A DNA stretch of 64,000 bases, taken from IMG/VR virus record IMGVR_UViG_3300035701_009377, positions 11,408 to 75,407 of that record. One strand, written 5' to 3'. The position numbers and the translations under genes were made by a program. This document shows, piece after piece, positions 36,008-45,787 of this stretch. The notes below the pieces were generated by a model that saw only the letters and a list, made by a program, of their open reading frames with translations, made no database searches and was not told the DNA's origin. The first letter of the stretch is position 1; each line of letters starts with the position of its first letter. Source of the stretch: a virus.

Positions 36008-37444
36008 CTATGCTGGAACCAACTCGCCCTCGAACTCCATGCTTGCCGAGAAACTGTCGCGGGCATCCTGGACGACCGGATCGGTCGGCGTCATAATCAC
36101 GCCCTTCCAGTGCCGCCCTTCCCAGTCCAGCAGTCCGATTTCCTGACCAAGGTGAGCGTCTAGGAAGGCGAGCAACTGCTGCTTCTGGGCGTTATGCAGA
36201 CCAGAGAACGTAAGCACGAGGGTCTGAACCTTCGGCCAGATCGGATCAGCAAAGACGATTAGCGTGCCGCCCCGCGTCTCTCGCACGATCCGGTTGAAGC
36301 TGAGCCGATCCTTGTTGCCGAGGTTCGGCGCGCGCAACGTCACCGAATCGCTGACAAGCCCTTCCGCCGGATAGTAAAGCTGGAAGGGGATGTCCGTCTG
36401 CTCCGGCAGCCCGACCGTCACTGAGGGAGGCGTCGGCGATCCCGCTGCCCCTTCCCCGACGAACGGATGGTACTGCTGCAAGACGCCGCCGAAGACGATG
36501 CTGAAGGTGGCCGACTGGCCCAGGCTCAAAGCCGAGGCCGCGCCGCGCGGCCTGGTCTTCACCGCCGATGCCTGATCCGCCAACGCCAAGACCGACTTAA
36601 CGAGCTTGCACGTATCAACAGCGGCAGCCTGACCCAACACCAGCCAGTTCCCGGCTGCCCCGGTCTGGTTCGTGCGAACCTCGCTCAGTAGCTCCAACAC
36701 GCTTTCGGCAGACAGCTCGATGGCACCCGGCCTGACGCGCACGGCCGAGGCCGACTGCTCCAGGGCAATGACCTGGCTGGCCAACGCTTCCAGCGGCCGG
36801 GCCACGTCCGCCGCATCCCGCAGGCCCTCGTACACCGGGTAGAAGGTATCCGTCGCCTGATCGTACTCTTCCCTGGCGGTCTGGATCACGGACTCGGCCG
36901 AGACGTACCAGGGCCGGGCAACCGGGGCCGCCTGCGACAAGGCCAGGACGTTCTCGGCCGCAAGCGACCGCACGACCACCACGCCGGCCGTATCGGACAA
37001 GGTAAGGAAGTCTGCGGCGATAGCCGACTTGACGCAACCAGCCGCCACGGCCAGATCGAGCGCGCTGCTGGCAGCCACCAGCCGCACCATTGAACAACTT
37101 GCCGTCGTAGCCAAGTCAAGCGACGATTCAGCCTCGAAACCTTCCGAACTCCGGGCTGTTTGAGACAACTCAAGGATGCTCTCGGCCGCCACATTCAGTA
37201 CGGTTGTGACGGCAGCCGTCGCATCCGGGTTGATCGCGGACTCAGCCGCCAACCCAAGCGCCTTCGCAACGCCGGCCGTCGCCGCCAGGTCGAGCGTGGT
37301 CAAAGCGGAGAATGCGCGGGTTCCCACGAAGGTTGCCGCATCCGACAGCGATAGAGTGCTGTCTGCACTGACCGTGTACACCACAGACAGCGGCGTAGTC
37401 GAGACGAGCGCCTCTAGGAACTGTCGAGTCGTGCGCAGCGCCAT
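36008..37444 (-). CDS. Tail protein with Ala/Ser/Leu repeats and a C-terminal Dit-like domain
   Basis: Repeated AES.L.L...A.V units of about 20-25 aa; C-terminal ...W.G...EFEG domain. Confidence 0.65.
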   Translation of the reverse strand: MALRTTRQFLEALVSTTPLSVVYTVSADSTLSLSDAATFVGTRAFSALTTLDLAATAGVAKALGLAAESAINPDATAAVTTVLNVAAESILELSQTARSSEGFEAESSLDLATTASCSMVRLVAASSALDLAVAAGCVKSAIAADFLTLSDTAGVVVVRSLAAENVLALSQAAPVARPWYVSAESVIQTAREEYDQATDTFYPVYEGLRDAADVARPLEALASQVIALEQSASAVRVRPGAIELSAESVLELLSEVRTNQTGAAGNWLVLGQAAAVDTCKLVKSVLALADQASAVKTRPRGAASALSLGQSATFSIVFGGVLQQYHPFVGEGAAGSPTPPSVTVGLPEQTDIPFQLYYPAEGLVSDSVTLRAPNLGNKDRLSFNRIVRETRGGTLIVFADPIWPKVQTLVLTFSGLHNAQKQQLLAFLDAHLGQEIGLLDWEGRHWKGVIMTPTDPVVQDARDSFSASMEFEGELVPA

Positions 37445-37446
37445 CG

Positions 37447-38502
37447 CTAGCCCACCTTTATTCCGAACTGTGCGGCGTTCAGGTTCGCCAGGGTCCAACC
37501 CGCGCCCGTATGCGGGTCTGTTTCCAGGACGCGCGTGAAGGTCACGAAACTTGTCGAAGTGACCGTCTGGGCGGTATCATCGGTCTCTGTGGCACCCGAC
37601 TTGCAGGGCATTTTCAGCGAGGAACTACCGGAAGTCATCCGCGCGTCGGTGTTGACCATCACGCCGAAGATTGCACCCGTAGCGGACAGAGCACCGTGGC
37701 CCCACAACTCCTTCTGTGCGCTGGTCGTGCTCTCCAGATGGTCGGTGTCATCGTTAGCTGGATTCTCGTCCACCAGGGCGTAGTGGTTGCTGCCCGCGCT
37801 GACCGTCCAATCATTTGGGCTGGCATCCGATGTCGGAAACGCCGCGATTACCTTGCAATCACCCAGGAAATTGTTGTGAAGCGAGCCTGAGTTATCACAC
37901 ACGTACAGGTCGTCGAAGAAAGGCGGATATTCGCCCGTTGCGGAGAAGGACCAACCAACCTGGTTGTTGTAGGAACCGGCCCCTCCGATCCTGGTGTCCA
38001 CGCCGGTCAGGCTGAGGACCGTAGTGCCACCCACGCGAACTTCGATCGTCCCCGCCGAGGCGTACTTTACTTTCAGTTCGATGTAGGACCAGGCCGCACT
38101 GGTGACGTTCGCTCCCGTGCTGGTTCCCAGTAACGAACCTGCCGCGCTGTAGGCCGTGATTTCGTTCGAGGAGGGCAGGTGATTGATGTAGACTCCCGCC
38201 CCGCTCGGACCAGACAACCGTAGGAGCCTGATTTCAGCGGAGTTGCTGGCGTGCGGCTTGAAGCCGACACCGACAATCAGCGTGTCGGCTGTCGTGGGCA
38301 ACACAGGCGTGCGTAAGGCGGAAGCGGTATTGTAGGTGCCCTGCACCGAATAGCCTGAGAGCCGACCGGCCCGTAGGTAGAGGGCAGAGAAGCCGCCGAA
38401 GAGATTGGCGTATTTTCGTGCCAGCACGTCTCCCGAACTAGCCAGGAGGCTGTCCACTGACGTGCCGAAGCCCTCAAAGCCTTCGATCCATAGCAGTGCC
38501 AT
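37447..38502 (-). CDS. Tail-associated protein with a lectin/ConA-like beta-sandwich
   Basis: EGFE start, WSYIELKV, GTIEVRV.G, FDDLYV; Ser/Thr/Gly-rich. Confidence 0.65.
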   Translation of the reverse strand: MALLWIEGFEGFGTSVDSLLASSGDVLARKYANLFGGFSALYLRAGRLSGYSVQGTYNTASALRTPVLPTTADTLIVGVGFKPHASNSAEIRLLRLSGPSGAGVYINHLPSSNEITAYSAAGSLLGTSTGANVTSAAWSYIELKVKYASAGTIEVRVGGTTVLSLTGVDTRIGGAGSYNNQVGWSFSATGEYPPFFDDLYVCDNSGSLHNNFLGDCKVIAAFPTSDASPNDWTVSAGSNHYALVDENPANDDTDHLESTTSAQKELWGHGALSATGAIFGVMVNTDARMTSGSSSLKMPCKSGATETDDTAQTVTSTSFVTFTRVLETDPHTGAGWTLANLNAAQFGIKVG

Positions 38503-38514
38503 TGTCGCCACCCC

Positions 38515-38559
38515 AAAAAGCAGGCCGAGCGGGGCTTCTTGCGAAGGCCCCGCCCGACC
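38515..38559 (-). terminator. Intrinsic terminator-like hairpin
   Basis: GC stem followed by a T5 tract on the minus strand. Confidence 0.55.
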
Positions 38560-38576
38560 CACGGCGAGGGAGTCCG

Positions 38577-39182
38577 TTACGCGCTGACGCTGTACGTGAC
38601 CTTCAACTGGTCCAGGTTGTTCACGGGCACGTCGCCGGTGCCGAAAAAGGCAGTGGCCCAGAGGATGCCGCTGGCCTCATGGTTGCCCTTGTTCTGGGCG
38701 TTGGCGATGCCCCCGACCAGGAACAGGCCCTTGACCGTCGCACTGCCGGTGATGTTGAAGACCACCGGGCTGGCATTGCTGATGGACTGGCTGGCCGCCG
38801 CGCCCTCCGTCCACTCGGGGCGGGTGCTGGCGCTGTCGCCGTTGGCGGCGTCGGTGTAGTTGGTGAACTCGGCCCACTGGTTACCGGCCTGACCGATATT
38901 CTGGTAGGTGTCGGTGGCCGCCAACGCGGTGTAGCCCGCGTTGTCGATCATCCCTAGCCACCAGGTCGTGATGGCCGAGACGCCGTGGAACATCACGTCC
39001 AGCAGTTTGTTCTTGCCCTGGTTGGTAATGCCGTTGGGGAACTCGTACTGGCCGATCTTCACGCCGTTGCGGAAGTGCTCGACCACGAATTTCCCCCGCA
39101 GTCCCAACTGGTCTTCAGCCTTGCGGGCGCGGACTACGCTGCAACCCGCGTTCTGGGCCATTTTCATCTGGCTGACACTCAT
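38577..39182 (-). CDS. Virion structural (tail-associated) protein
   Basis: NGITNQGKN.LL, D.LKVTY pattern of phage tail proteins; directly after the tape measure. Confidence 0.7.
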   Translation of the reverse strand: MSVSQMKMAQNAGCSVVRARKAEDQLGLRGKFVVEHFRNGVKIGQYEFPNGITNQGKNKLLDVMFHGVSAITTWWLGMIDNAGYTALAATDTYQNIGQAGNQWAEFTNYTDAANGDSASTRPEWTEGAAASQSISNASPVVFNITGSATVKGLFLVGGIANAQNKGNHEASGILWATAFFGTGDVPVNNLDQLKVTYSVSA

Positions 39183-39209
39183 GGTTGTTCCTCTCTTGAC
39201 AAAAAGGGG

Positions 39210-42200
39210 TTACAGGGTTGCCGTGCCACGCCGCAGTTCGCGCCGTAACTCGGCGGCGATGGACCTAGCCGTCTGGCGGCTGCTTCCGCCGCCGCTTACT
39301 GTCACGTTGATGTCACCGATGTTGGTGACGCTCCCGCCTTCGCTGCGGTAAACCGGCTGCACGCCGGCATTGATGGCGGTCAGTTGCGCGGCGAACCGCC
39401 GCGCCGAAGCGGCGTTGATGACCACCTCGCCCGGCGAGAGCATCGCCGGGATCACGTCCGTGCCCTGCGGCCTGCCGCCGGCCGCCAGGAAGTTCCATGC
39501 CTTGCCGCCGTGCGCAGCCGTCATTTCGCCCGCCGGCGCTTGGATGTTCCATGAGGCCGTGGCCGCACTCCACATGGCGTCGGCGATGGCCTGGGTCTGG
39601 CGGACCAGGTTGCTCATGTCAATCTGCGAGACTTTCCCCAGGGCATCGTTTGCACCTTTGGCCTCTTCTTTCGCCTCGCCAACACTCTCCTTCGCCTTCT
39701 TGGCCGCCTCTTCGGCCGCCTTCAAGGCGTTCTCGGCGTCGGGGCGGAGCCACATTGCCTTTTCGACCGGCTCCCGCATGGCTTCCATGCCTTTCACTTG
39801 ACGCTCCACGTCCTGGGCCTGGTTGACGACCGCAGAGGCGGCGGCAATGAACTGGTAGATGGCCTCCGTGCTCTTGGCGCTCGGCTTGAGGATGCTCTTG
39901 TAAAGCTCGTAGGCTTCCTCAAGTTTCTTCAAGCTCTCTGCCGAGACCGGCGTATTGGCCTCGGTGAAGGGGGCCATCGCGCGCACGAGTTCGGTGCGGG
40001 CCTGCTTCACCAGCGGGCTGTTCTCGACATGCCCCGTGAACCGCTCCCATATCCCGCCCAGGCTACGAACGTCGGCGATCCAGCCCACACTCACCCAGCG
40101 GTCGGCCGCCGCAAGGGCCGCCACACGCTGCTGTTCCAGGACGCCTTGGGCCTTCTTGATCGAATCGCCCAGTTCCTCGTACTTGTTGATGGCTCGGGTC
40201 GCCTCCTGCGACCGCTGCTCGATGTGGGCCATTGCCTCGCTGGCGGTCATCCCCTCCGTCTCCTTCCAGAGTTGGAGGTTGGCCGTCCGCGCGAACTCGA
40301 TCATCAGGCGCACGGGACCGACGCCCTTTTCGATGTCCGCGCGGAACTTGGCGAAGGTCTCGGGGGCCGAGAAGAGCTGTTTGACCTCCGCCTGCGAGAC
40401 GCCGCCCTCCAAGGCCAGCGTGACGCGGCGCTGAAGCTGGTCGAAGGCCAAAAGGTCGGCCACATCGACCTTCTTGCCACCCATCCACAAGTCCTTGAAC
40501 TTGGCGATGTTCTCATTGAGCCGCGCCTGCTGTTCCTCCAACGCCTTGGGCGACTTCTCCCCATTCTTGTCGAAGGCTTGCAGGTCGGTGAGGATGGCCT
40601 TCATCAGGGCCTTCATCTCGTCGAGCCGCTTCTGCTCCTTGGCGGCCTCGTCCGCCAGGCGTTGCGCGCGGGCGGTTTGCAATTCCTCCAACTTCTTCTC
40701 GGCGTTGATCCGCGCTTCCAAGTTGGCGCGAATGCTGCGGTGTGCCTGCTCTTGCAGCCAGGTCTCGCCGGTCTCCTTGGCCAGCGCCGTTCCCTCGTCA
40801 AGGAACGTCTTGGCCCGCTGCTGGACCGCCTGCGCCCGGCGTATGTCGTCTTCGGTCTGCGCCTTGGCGATCATCTGGTTCGCCTGGGCCTCCAAGCCCC
40901 AACTCCGTTCAAGGATGAGCCTCGCCTTGTAGCTGTCCGAGAACTTCACGTCCTCGTCGGTCCACTTCTTGAACATCAGGTCGGAATACTCCGCCTCCAA
41001 GCCGACCCGTCGAGTTTGGGACTCCTGTACGATCCGCATGGCGGCGTTGGCGGCATTGCGATATGCCGCCACGACGCGCTCCTGCGAAGTGACCATCGAC
41101 TGCATGGCCTGCCGGTCGCTCTCGATGATCTCCTTGTTCTTGTCCCTGAGGTCGTCCAGGGCCTTGAAGTATTCCTTACGAATCTTCGAGGCGCGATCCG
41201 CCCAACTGCGGTCCTCTTCCGCCCGCTTCTTTTCCTCTACCTCGCGGAGCACGCGCAGTTCCTCCTCCTTGTTCTTGGCGTACTCGATGACCGCCTGGCG
41301 CTGCTCTTGGGCAAGCTGGCGGGTCTCATTGATCGACTTGGCCGTGAGAAAGCTGCTGGTGCCGAAATAGCCGGAGACTAGCGCCGTGAGGCCGAGCAGA
41401 GTCCAGCCAATCGGGCCAAGGGAGACCTGCGCCGCCATTGCAGCGACACCAAGGACGCCCAAGGCACCGGCGGCCGGAAGGGCAGCCATAGCAATCGCCT
41501 GGATGCCAGCCGAAAGATCGTTGGCACCGCCAACCATCTGCATCATCGACGCCAGTACATGGGTGAGGGCACCGCCAAAGTCCTGCGTCAAGTTGATCTT
41601 GAGCGCGTTGATCTGGGTGGTCAGTTTCTCCGCGTCCGTGGACTTGAACTGCTCGTAGACCTTGCCGAGCGCCTCGGGGGTCGAAGCCTGCATCGCCTTC
41701 ATGGCCTCTTCGACCTGCTTGGCCCCTTCGCCGGTCAAGCGCAATTCGGCCGTCAAGGCGCGGACGTTGCGGAACGACTTGGCGATCTCCGAGGCCATGT
41801 GGTCCGAGGCACCCGCGACCGCTTCCAGGGCACCCTGGAATCCCTTGGCCTGGATCAGTTGTTCCGCCGAGGTGAAGCCCAACTCACGGAGAACCTTCTG
41901 CATGTCCTCGGAAGGCTTCAAGAAGGCGGTCATGGCCCCGCGCAGGGCCGTCACCGACTTGTGGGCGTCCATGCCGCCGATGGTCATGGCGACCATCGCG
42001 GAGTTGACTTCATCCAAGCTGATGCCCAATTCAGCGGCGATGGGAAGCACCTGCCCCAAGGTGTCCGCCAATTCCTTGCCGCGGACGCGGCCCAGCCGGA
42101 TTGTGGTGAAGAACTTCGAGGCGATGGAGTCGGTCTGATCGCTCGTCGTTCCGTAGGCGTTCAAGGTGCCGGTAATCAGCATGATGGCCTGGTCGAAGTC

Positions 42201-42956
42201 CATCACGCCGACCTTCGCCAGCTTCATTGCGCCTTGCATCACGTTGGCGCGATCGGACATCCCCGTGAACTGATTGGAGATCGTCTGGTACAGGCCCTCG
42301 GTGGCCTGCGCCAAAGGAATGTTGAATTGTCTGGCAAAATCCGCCGCCTCGTTGGTTAGCTGCCCGAAGCTGCCGCCAAGCTTCGGCGCGATGGTCTGGA
42401 CCTCGGCGATCCGCCGCTGGAACTCGATGGACTCCGTGACCGCATCGCTCAAGGCATTGCGAATCTGACTTAGGGCACGGACGATGGCCTGCGTCATCAC
42501 GATGCGGCCCAAGGTCTGCCAACTCACCACCCACGACTGGTGGGAGTCGTGCGCGCTCTTGGTAGCCTTGTCCGCCTTGTCCACGGCGTCGGCAACTTGA
42601 TTCGCCCCGTTCACCGCCTGGGAATAGTCGGGCGGAAGCCACAGCTTCGGCGTGCCTTGCAGGGAAGAGGCCGGCAGGGAGCCGTTCGGGCCGGCAACCG
42701 TGGAAGGTGGCGGAGAAAGGGCCTTGGCGTATTGCTCGTTCAGGCGGCGCATCGCCGAGGCCGCCTTGCTGGCGTTGTCGGCAATCGTGCTCAGCACGCT
42801 CACCGGCCCCTTGGCGTTGGCGTTCCACGAACCCAGCGAGGCCGCGAACTGCTGGAACGCATCTTGCGTCCCGGCCAGCGCGGTATCAAGCCGACGAAGC
42901 GCATTGAGCGCGTCATCGACGTTGAAACCGAGTTTGCTGAGAACTTCGTCCGCCAT
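39210..42956 (-). CDS. Tail tape measure protein (TP901-like core)
   Basis: 1248 aa, helical and Ala-rich; TP901-type core; GTD.IPAMLSPGE.V C-terminal motif. Confidence 0.92.
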   Translation of the reverse strand: MADEVLSKLGFNVDDALNALRRLDTALAGTQDAFQQFAASLGSWNANAKGPVSVLSTIADNASKAASAMRRLNEQYAKALSPPPSTVAGPNGSLPASSLQGTPKLWLPPDYSQAVNGANQVADAVDKADKATKSAHDSHQSWVVSWQTLGRIVMTQAIVRALSQIRNALSDAVTESIEFQRRIAEVQTIAPKLGGSFGQLTNEAADFARQFNIPLAQATEGLYQTISNQFTGMSDRANVMQGAMKLAKVGVMDFDQAIMLITGTLNAYGTTSDQTDSIASKFFTTIRLGRVRGKELADTLGQVLPIAAELGISLDEVNSAMVAMTIGGMDAHKSVTALRGAMTAFLKPSEDMQKVLRELGFTSAEQLIQAKGFQGALEAVAGASDHMASEIAKSFRNVRALTAELRLTGEGAKQVEEAMKAMQASTPEALGKVYEQFKSTDAEKLTTQINALKINLTQDFGGALTHVLASMMQMVGGANDLSAGIQAIAMAALPAAGALGVLGVAAMAAQVSLGPIGWTLLGLTALVSGYFGTSSFLTAKSINETRQLAQEQRQAVIEYAKNKEEELRVLREVEEKKRAEEDRSWADRASKIRKEYFKALDDLRDKNKEIIESDRQAMQSMVTSQERVVAAYRNAANAAMRIVQESQTRRVGLEAEYSDLMFKKWTDEDVKFSDSYKARLILERSWGLEAQANQMIAKAQTEDDIRRAQAVQQRAKTFLDEGTALAKETGETWLQEQAHRSIRANLEARINAEKKLEELQTARAQRLADEAAKEQKRLDEMKALMKAILTDLQAFDKNGEKSPKALEEQQARLNENIAKFKDLWMGGKKVDVADLLAFDQLQRRVTLALEGGVSQAEVKQLFSAPETFAKFRADIEKGVGPVRLMIEFARTANLQLWKETEGMTASEAMAHIEQRSQEATRAINKYEELGDSIKKAQGVLEQQRVAALAAADRWVSVGWIADVRSLGGIWERFTGHVENSPLVKQARTELVRAMAPFTEANTPVSAESLKKLEEAYELYKSILKPSAKSTEAIYQFIAAASAVVNQAQDVERQVKGMEAMREPVEKAMWLRPDAENALKAAEEAAKKAKESVGEAKEEAKGANDALGKVSQIDMSNLVRQTQAIADAMWSAATASWNIQAPAGEMTAAHGGKAWNFLAAGGRPQGTDVIPAMLSPGEVVINAASARRFAAQLTAINAGVQPVYRSEGGSVTNIGDINVTVSGGGSSRQTARSIAAELRRELRRGTATL

Positions 42957-42959
42957 CGC

Positions 42960-43460
42960 TTACACCTTGATTCGCGTAGACGTAACGTAGGGGGCCACGG
43001 CCGGCGGCTCGACCGTCTGCGCGAAACGCTTGAATGCCTCGTAACCCTTCACCTGGAAGTTGTAGGGACCGGGCTTGAGAAGTTTGCCAAGAAGTCCTGG
43101 GTCGGGATCGACATTCGCATTGTGGTACTCGTTCCACACCAGCCACGGGAGCCAAGTGCGGTACTCGAAGGCATAGCGGCCCTTCTCCTCGTCGATCTCC
43201 AAAGGGCCGGCGGCGGACGCGATCCCAACACCCCGCCGGTCAATCACCTTGGGTGAAATGGGAATGTTGAATGCGATGCGGCTGGCCAGCGGGATGAACG
43301 TCGCCCGTGACGCGCCGCTCCACACCGGAATCTCCTCAAGCACCGCCGCCAGCCACGTCACGATGGCCTGCGCCAACGCCTCCTGCATGTGCGCGTGCAA
43401 GGCTTTGCGGTATCCCGCAAGGTCCAACGTCGGCGCGGCCAACGATGCGGTGAACTTCAT
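42960..43460 (-). CDS. Putative tail completion (HK97 gp10-like) protein
   Basis: PVWSGASRA motif; tail context. Confidence 0.5.
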   Translation of the reverse strand: MKFTASLAAPTLDLAGYRKALHAHMQEALAQAIVTWLAAVLEEIPVWSGASRATFIPLASRIAFNIPISPKVIDRRGVGIASAAGPLEIDEEKGRYAFEYRTWLPWLVWNEYHNANVDPDPGLLGKLLKPGPYNFQVKGYEAFKRFAQTVEPPAVAPYVTSTRIKV

Positions 43461-43864
43461 GGTCCGGTACTTTCCAGATAAGCAATCGCTCGCCGCAACA
43501 GTGTCGGGCTATCGAAGAAAGCCCCTAAGCCCATGTTGCACCAGTTGCAGAGGAGGCCGCGAACCTCTCCGGTCGTGTGATTGTCGTCCACACAGAATTG
43601 ACCCTTCGCATTGGTGCCCGCGTCCGTCCGCCCGCAAATCTTGCAGCGGCCGTCCTGGGCTTGCAGCAAGGTTCTATACTCCGCCTTCGTGATGCCAAAC
43701 TTGTGAAGAAGTTGATACTCACGCAGACAGTCCTTGCACCGCGGCTTCCGTTTGGCGTTGCCCAATTGATTGGGTTGAAACTCGTGTTTCGGCTTTTGCG
43801 CGCCACAAACAACGCAGCGATACAGTGACCCTTGTTCGGTCAAGCTCGTGTCACTGCTTACCAT
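43457..43864 (-). CDS. Endonuclease VII-like free-standing homing endonuclease
   Basis: Q.GRCKIC, VD.NH.TG.VRGLLC..CN..LG...D. Confidence 0.85.
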   Translation of the reverse strand: MVSSDTSLTEQGSLYRCVVCGAQKPKHEFQPNQLGNAKRKPRCKDCLREYQLLHKFGITKAEYRTLLQAQDGRCKICGRTDAGTNAKGQFCVDDNHTTGEVRGLLCNWCNMGLGAFFDSPTLLRRAIAYLESTGP

Positions 43865-44554
43865 TCGCCCTTCTCTCAGAACAGCCTGTGGGCATCCTTG
43901 CCCCAAGCAGTTGAGCCTCCCGTTCTTGCTCGTCGTAACTGGCGATCTGATCGAAGGCGACGATAAGAGCCTGAGTCTCAAGGCCGCACTCGTCCCACGA
44001 CTGCTTCATTCCCGGCGGCCGGATGCCTAGCCGACGACAGGCCCGCCAGACGGCGTATTCGCCACTTCGGAAAGGGGCGAAGAGAACTCGGGCGGCATTG
44101 GAGCTTGACCAGCAAGAAAAACCTCGCGGGCCTTTTGCAGCTTGGATTCGTCCAGCGCGTTGGCCTCCATGACCAAGGCCAGCACGCGGTTGGCCTCGAT
44201 CTGCGTCAGCCCGCCGCTTTTCAAGTCGGTCTCCCAGTTCGGCCAGGTGCGAGGGTCTTCCCGCTTCACCATGTCCCACTCGATCTCGCTCGGTTCCAGC
44301 GAGCGGGTCACGATGTAGCCCAGCCGCTTCTTGCCGTACTCGGCCGTCACTTGCTGGTAGGTCGGATCGTTCAGTTGCGGCACCCAGCCGTCTTTGGTGA
44401 GCTTGCCCGGCGGCTTGGGCACCGGGCAGATGGCATCGAACTCGTCCATGTCGGTCAGGCCGCGGGCACGGAACACGATCTTCTCGTCGCCGCGCGGCAG
44501 GACCAACACGACTTCGTTGCACAGGGTCTTGGGGTCGATTCCGCCAATCTTCAT
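43851..44554 (-). CDS. Tail assembly chaperone -1 frameshift product (gpGT-like)
   Basis: G-GTT-TTT at 44123-44117; the -1 frame stays open to the stop at 43851. Confidence 0.7.
44027..44554 (-). CDS. Tail assembly chaperone (gpG-like)
   Basis: Follows the tail tube gene; GAGG RBS; slippery GGTTTTT near the 3' end. Confidence 0.75.
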   Translation of the reverse strand: MKIGGIDPKTLCNEVVLVLPRGDEKIVFRARGLTDMDEFDAICPVPKPPGKLTKDGWVPQLNDPTYQQVTAEYGKKRLGYIVTRSLEPSEIEWDMVKREDPRTWPNWETDLKSGGLTQIEANRVLALVMEANALDESKLQKAREVFLAGQAPMPPEFSSPLSEVANTPSGGPVVG

Positions 44555-44582
44555 GGTTCTCCCTCGCGTTAGAGTTGAGAGT

Positions 44583-44646
44583 GGTGGGGCCGGCTCTGGT
44601 GCCGGCCCCACCTATTGATTGGTCTTCTTGGTGAAGAGGCCAATCC
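44583..44646. other. Tandem intergenic hairpins after the tail tube gene
   Basis: GGTGGGGCCGGC...GCCGGCCCCACC and GATTGGTCTTC...GAAGAGGCCAATC. Confidence 0.5.
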
Positions 44647-44688
44647 AACCGGCTAGAGGCCCGCAAGGCGTTCGCCGGGGAGTCGTCG

Positions 44689-45768
44689 CTACGCGACAGC
44701 GCGCTCGACAATCGGCTCGGTGGCGTTGCACTTGCCGCTAATGGAGATCGTGGCGTCCTTGAAGTTGACCTCCTTCGAGTCGGCCCGGAAGTCCGGGAAG
44801 GTCGTCTTCTCATTCTCAGCCGTGCCGCAGGGCGGCGTGTAGAGCACGATCAGATCAATGGCATAGGGTTCACACGGATCGTCCGAGGAGCTAACCCACT
44901 CGGCCGCTCCGCCCGTCTGCTTCAGCGCGTCCATCGGGCTGACCGGCTCGCTGGTGCCCTGGGTGATGTGCTCGTAGACGGCCTCCAACTTCACGTCCAT
45001 CGGGGCTTCCTTGCTCTCCCGCACGGTGTCCAGGTTGCCCCGGTCCAGCAGGTACTCGTACTCCTTGTGCTCGGTGTACGTGATGTTGCCGTCGCCGATC
45101 TTGATGCTGAGGTTCTGCGGATAGAACGTGACCACAGCATTGTCAAGGTAGGTGCCGCTTCCGAGGGCCGGCGAAAACTCGATGTTGGTCGTGGTCGAGC
45201 CACCTGCCGCCACGCCCACCACCGTGGTTGCCACGGCCACATCCGTGCCGCCGCCGGTGAGGCTGGTGCCATCGCCGACGAGCAAGGGTTGCGGGGCCGC
45301 ACCCAGAGCCCCCTTGAACTCGACCACCCAAGGCGTGGCCGGGCCGGGGCCGCCGGTCACGCCCCAATCGCTGGTCGTGTAGCCGTCGTCCATCGCCACC
45401 AGGGCGGCCTTGACGGCTGCGGCGTCGGCGTTGTAGGCGATACCCGCCGTCTCGTGGCCGCCGAACGACAGGGTGAAAGTGCCGCCCGACGAGTCGCTGT
45501 CGATTGTGACCGACTGTTTGGCGTTGGTGCCGGACTCGTTTTGCGTGCGAGCCGTGACGGTGTGGAACACCGGCGAGGTCTCTCCGACCACCTTGAAGCG
45601 CGCCCCGAGGGGCACCTGGGTGGCAATGGCGGTGTTCAAGGATACGTTGTCGATGTCAAACTGGGTCGCGCCGACCTGGGGCGGGCTGGACGGCTCGTTC
45701 ACCGCCGTCGTGCCGCTGAGGCCGTCTTGGAGAATGACATCGCAGTCTCGCAGTTCGATGCGTGCCAT
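44689..45768 (-). CDS. Major tail (tube) protein with an inserted accessory domain
   Basis: Position after the terminator and before the chaperone; strong AGGAG RBS. Confidence 0.75.
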   Translation of the reverse strand: MARIELRDCDVILQDGLSGTTAVNEPSSPPQVGATQFDIDNVSLNTAIATQVPLGARFKVVGETSPVFHTVTARTQNESGTNAKQSVTIDSDSSGGTFTLSFGGHETAGIAYNADAAAVKAALVAMDDGYTTSDWGVTGGPGPATPWVVEFKGALGAAPQPLLVGDGTSLTGGGTDVAVATTVVGVAAGGSTTTNIEFSPALGSGTYLDNAVVTFYPQNLSIKIGDGNITYTEHKEYEYLLDRGNLDTVRESKEAPMDVKLEAVYEHITQGTSEPVSPMDALKQTGGAAEWVSSSDDPCEPYAIDLIVLYTPPCGTAENEKTTFPDFRADSKEVNFKDATISISGKCNATEPIVERAVA

Positions 45769-45787
45769 GTTGGTTTTCTCCTAAAGG

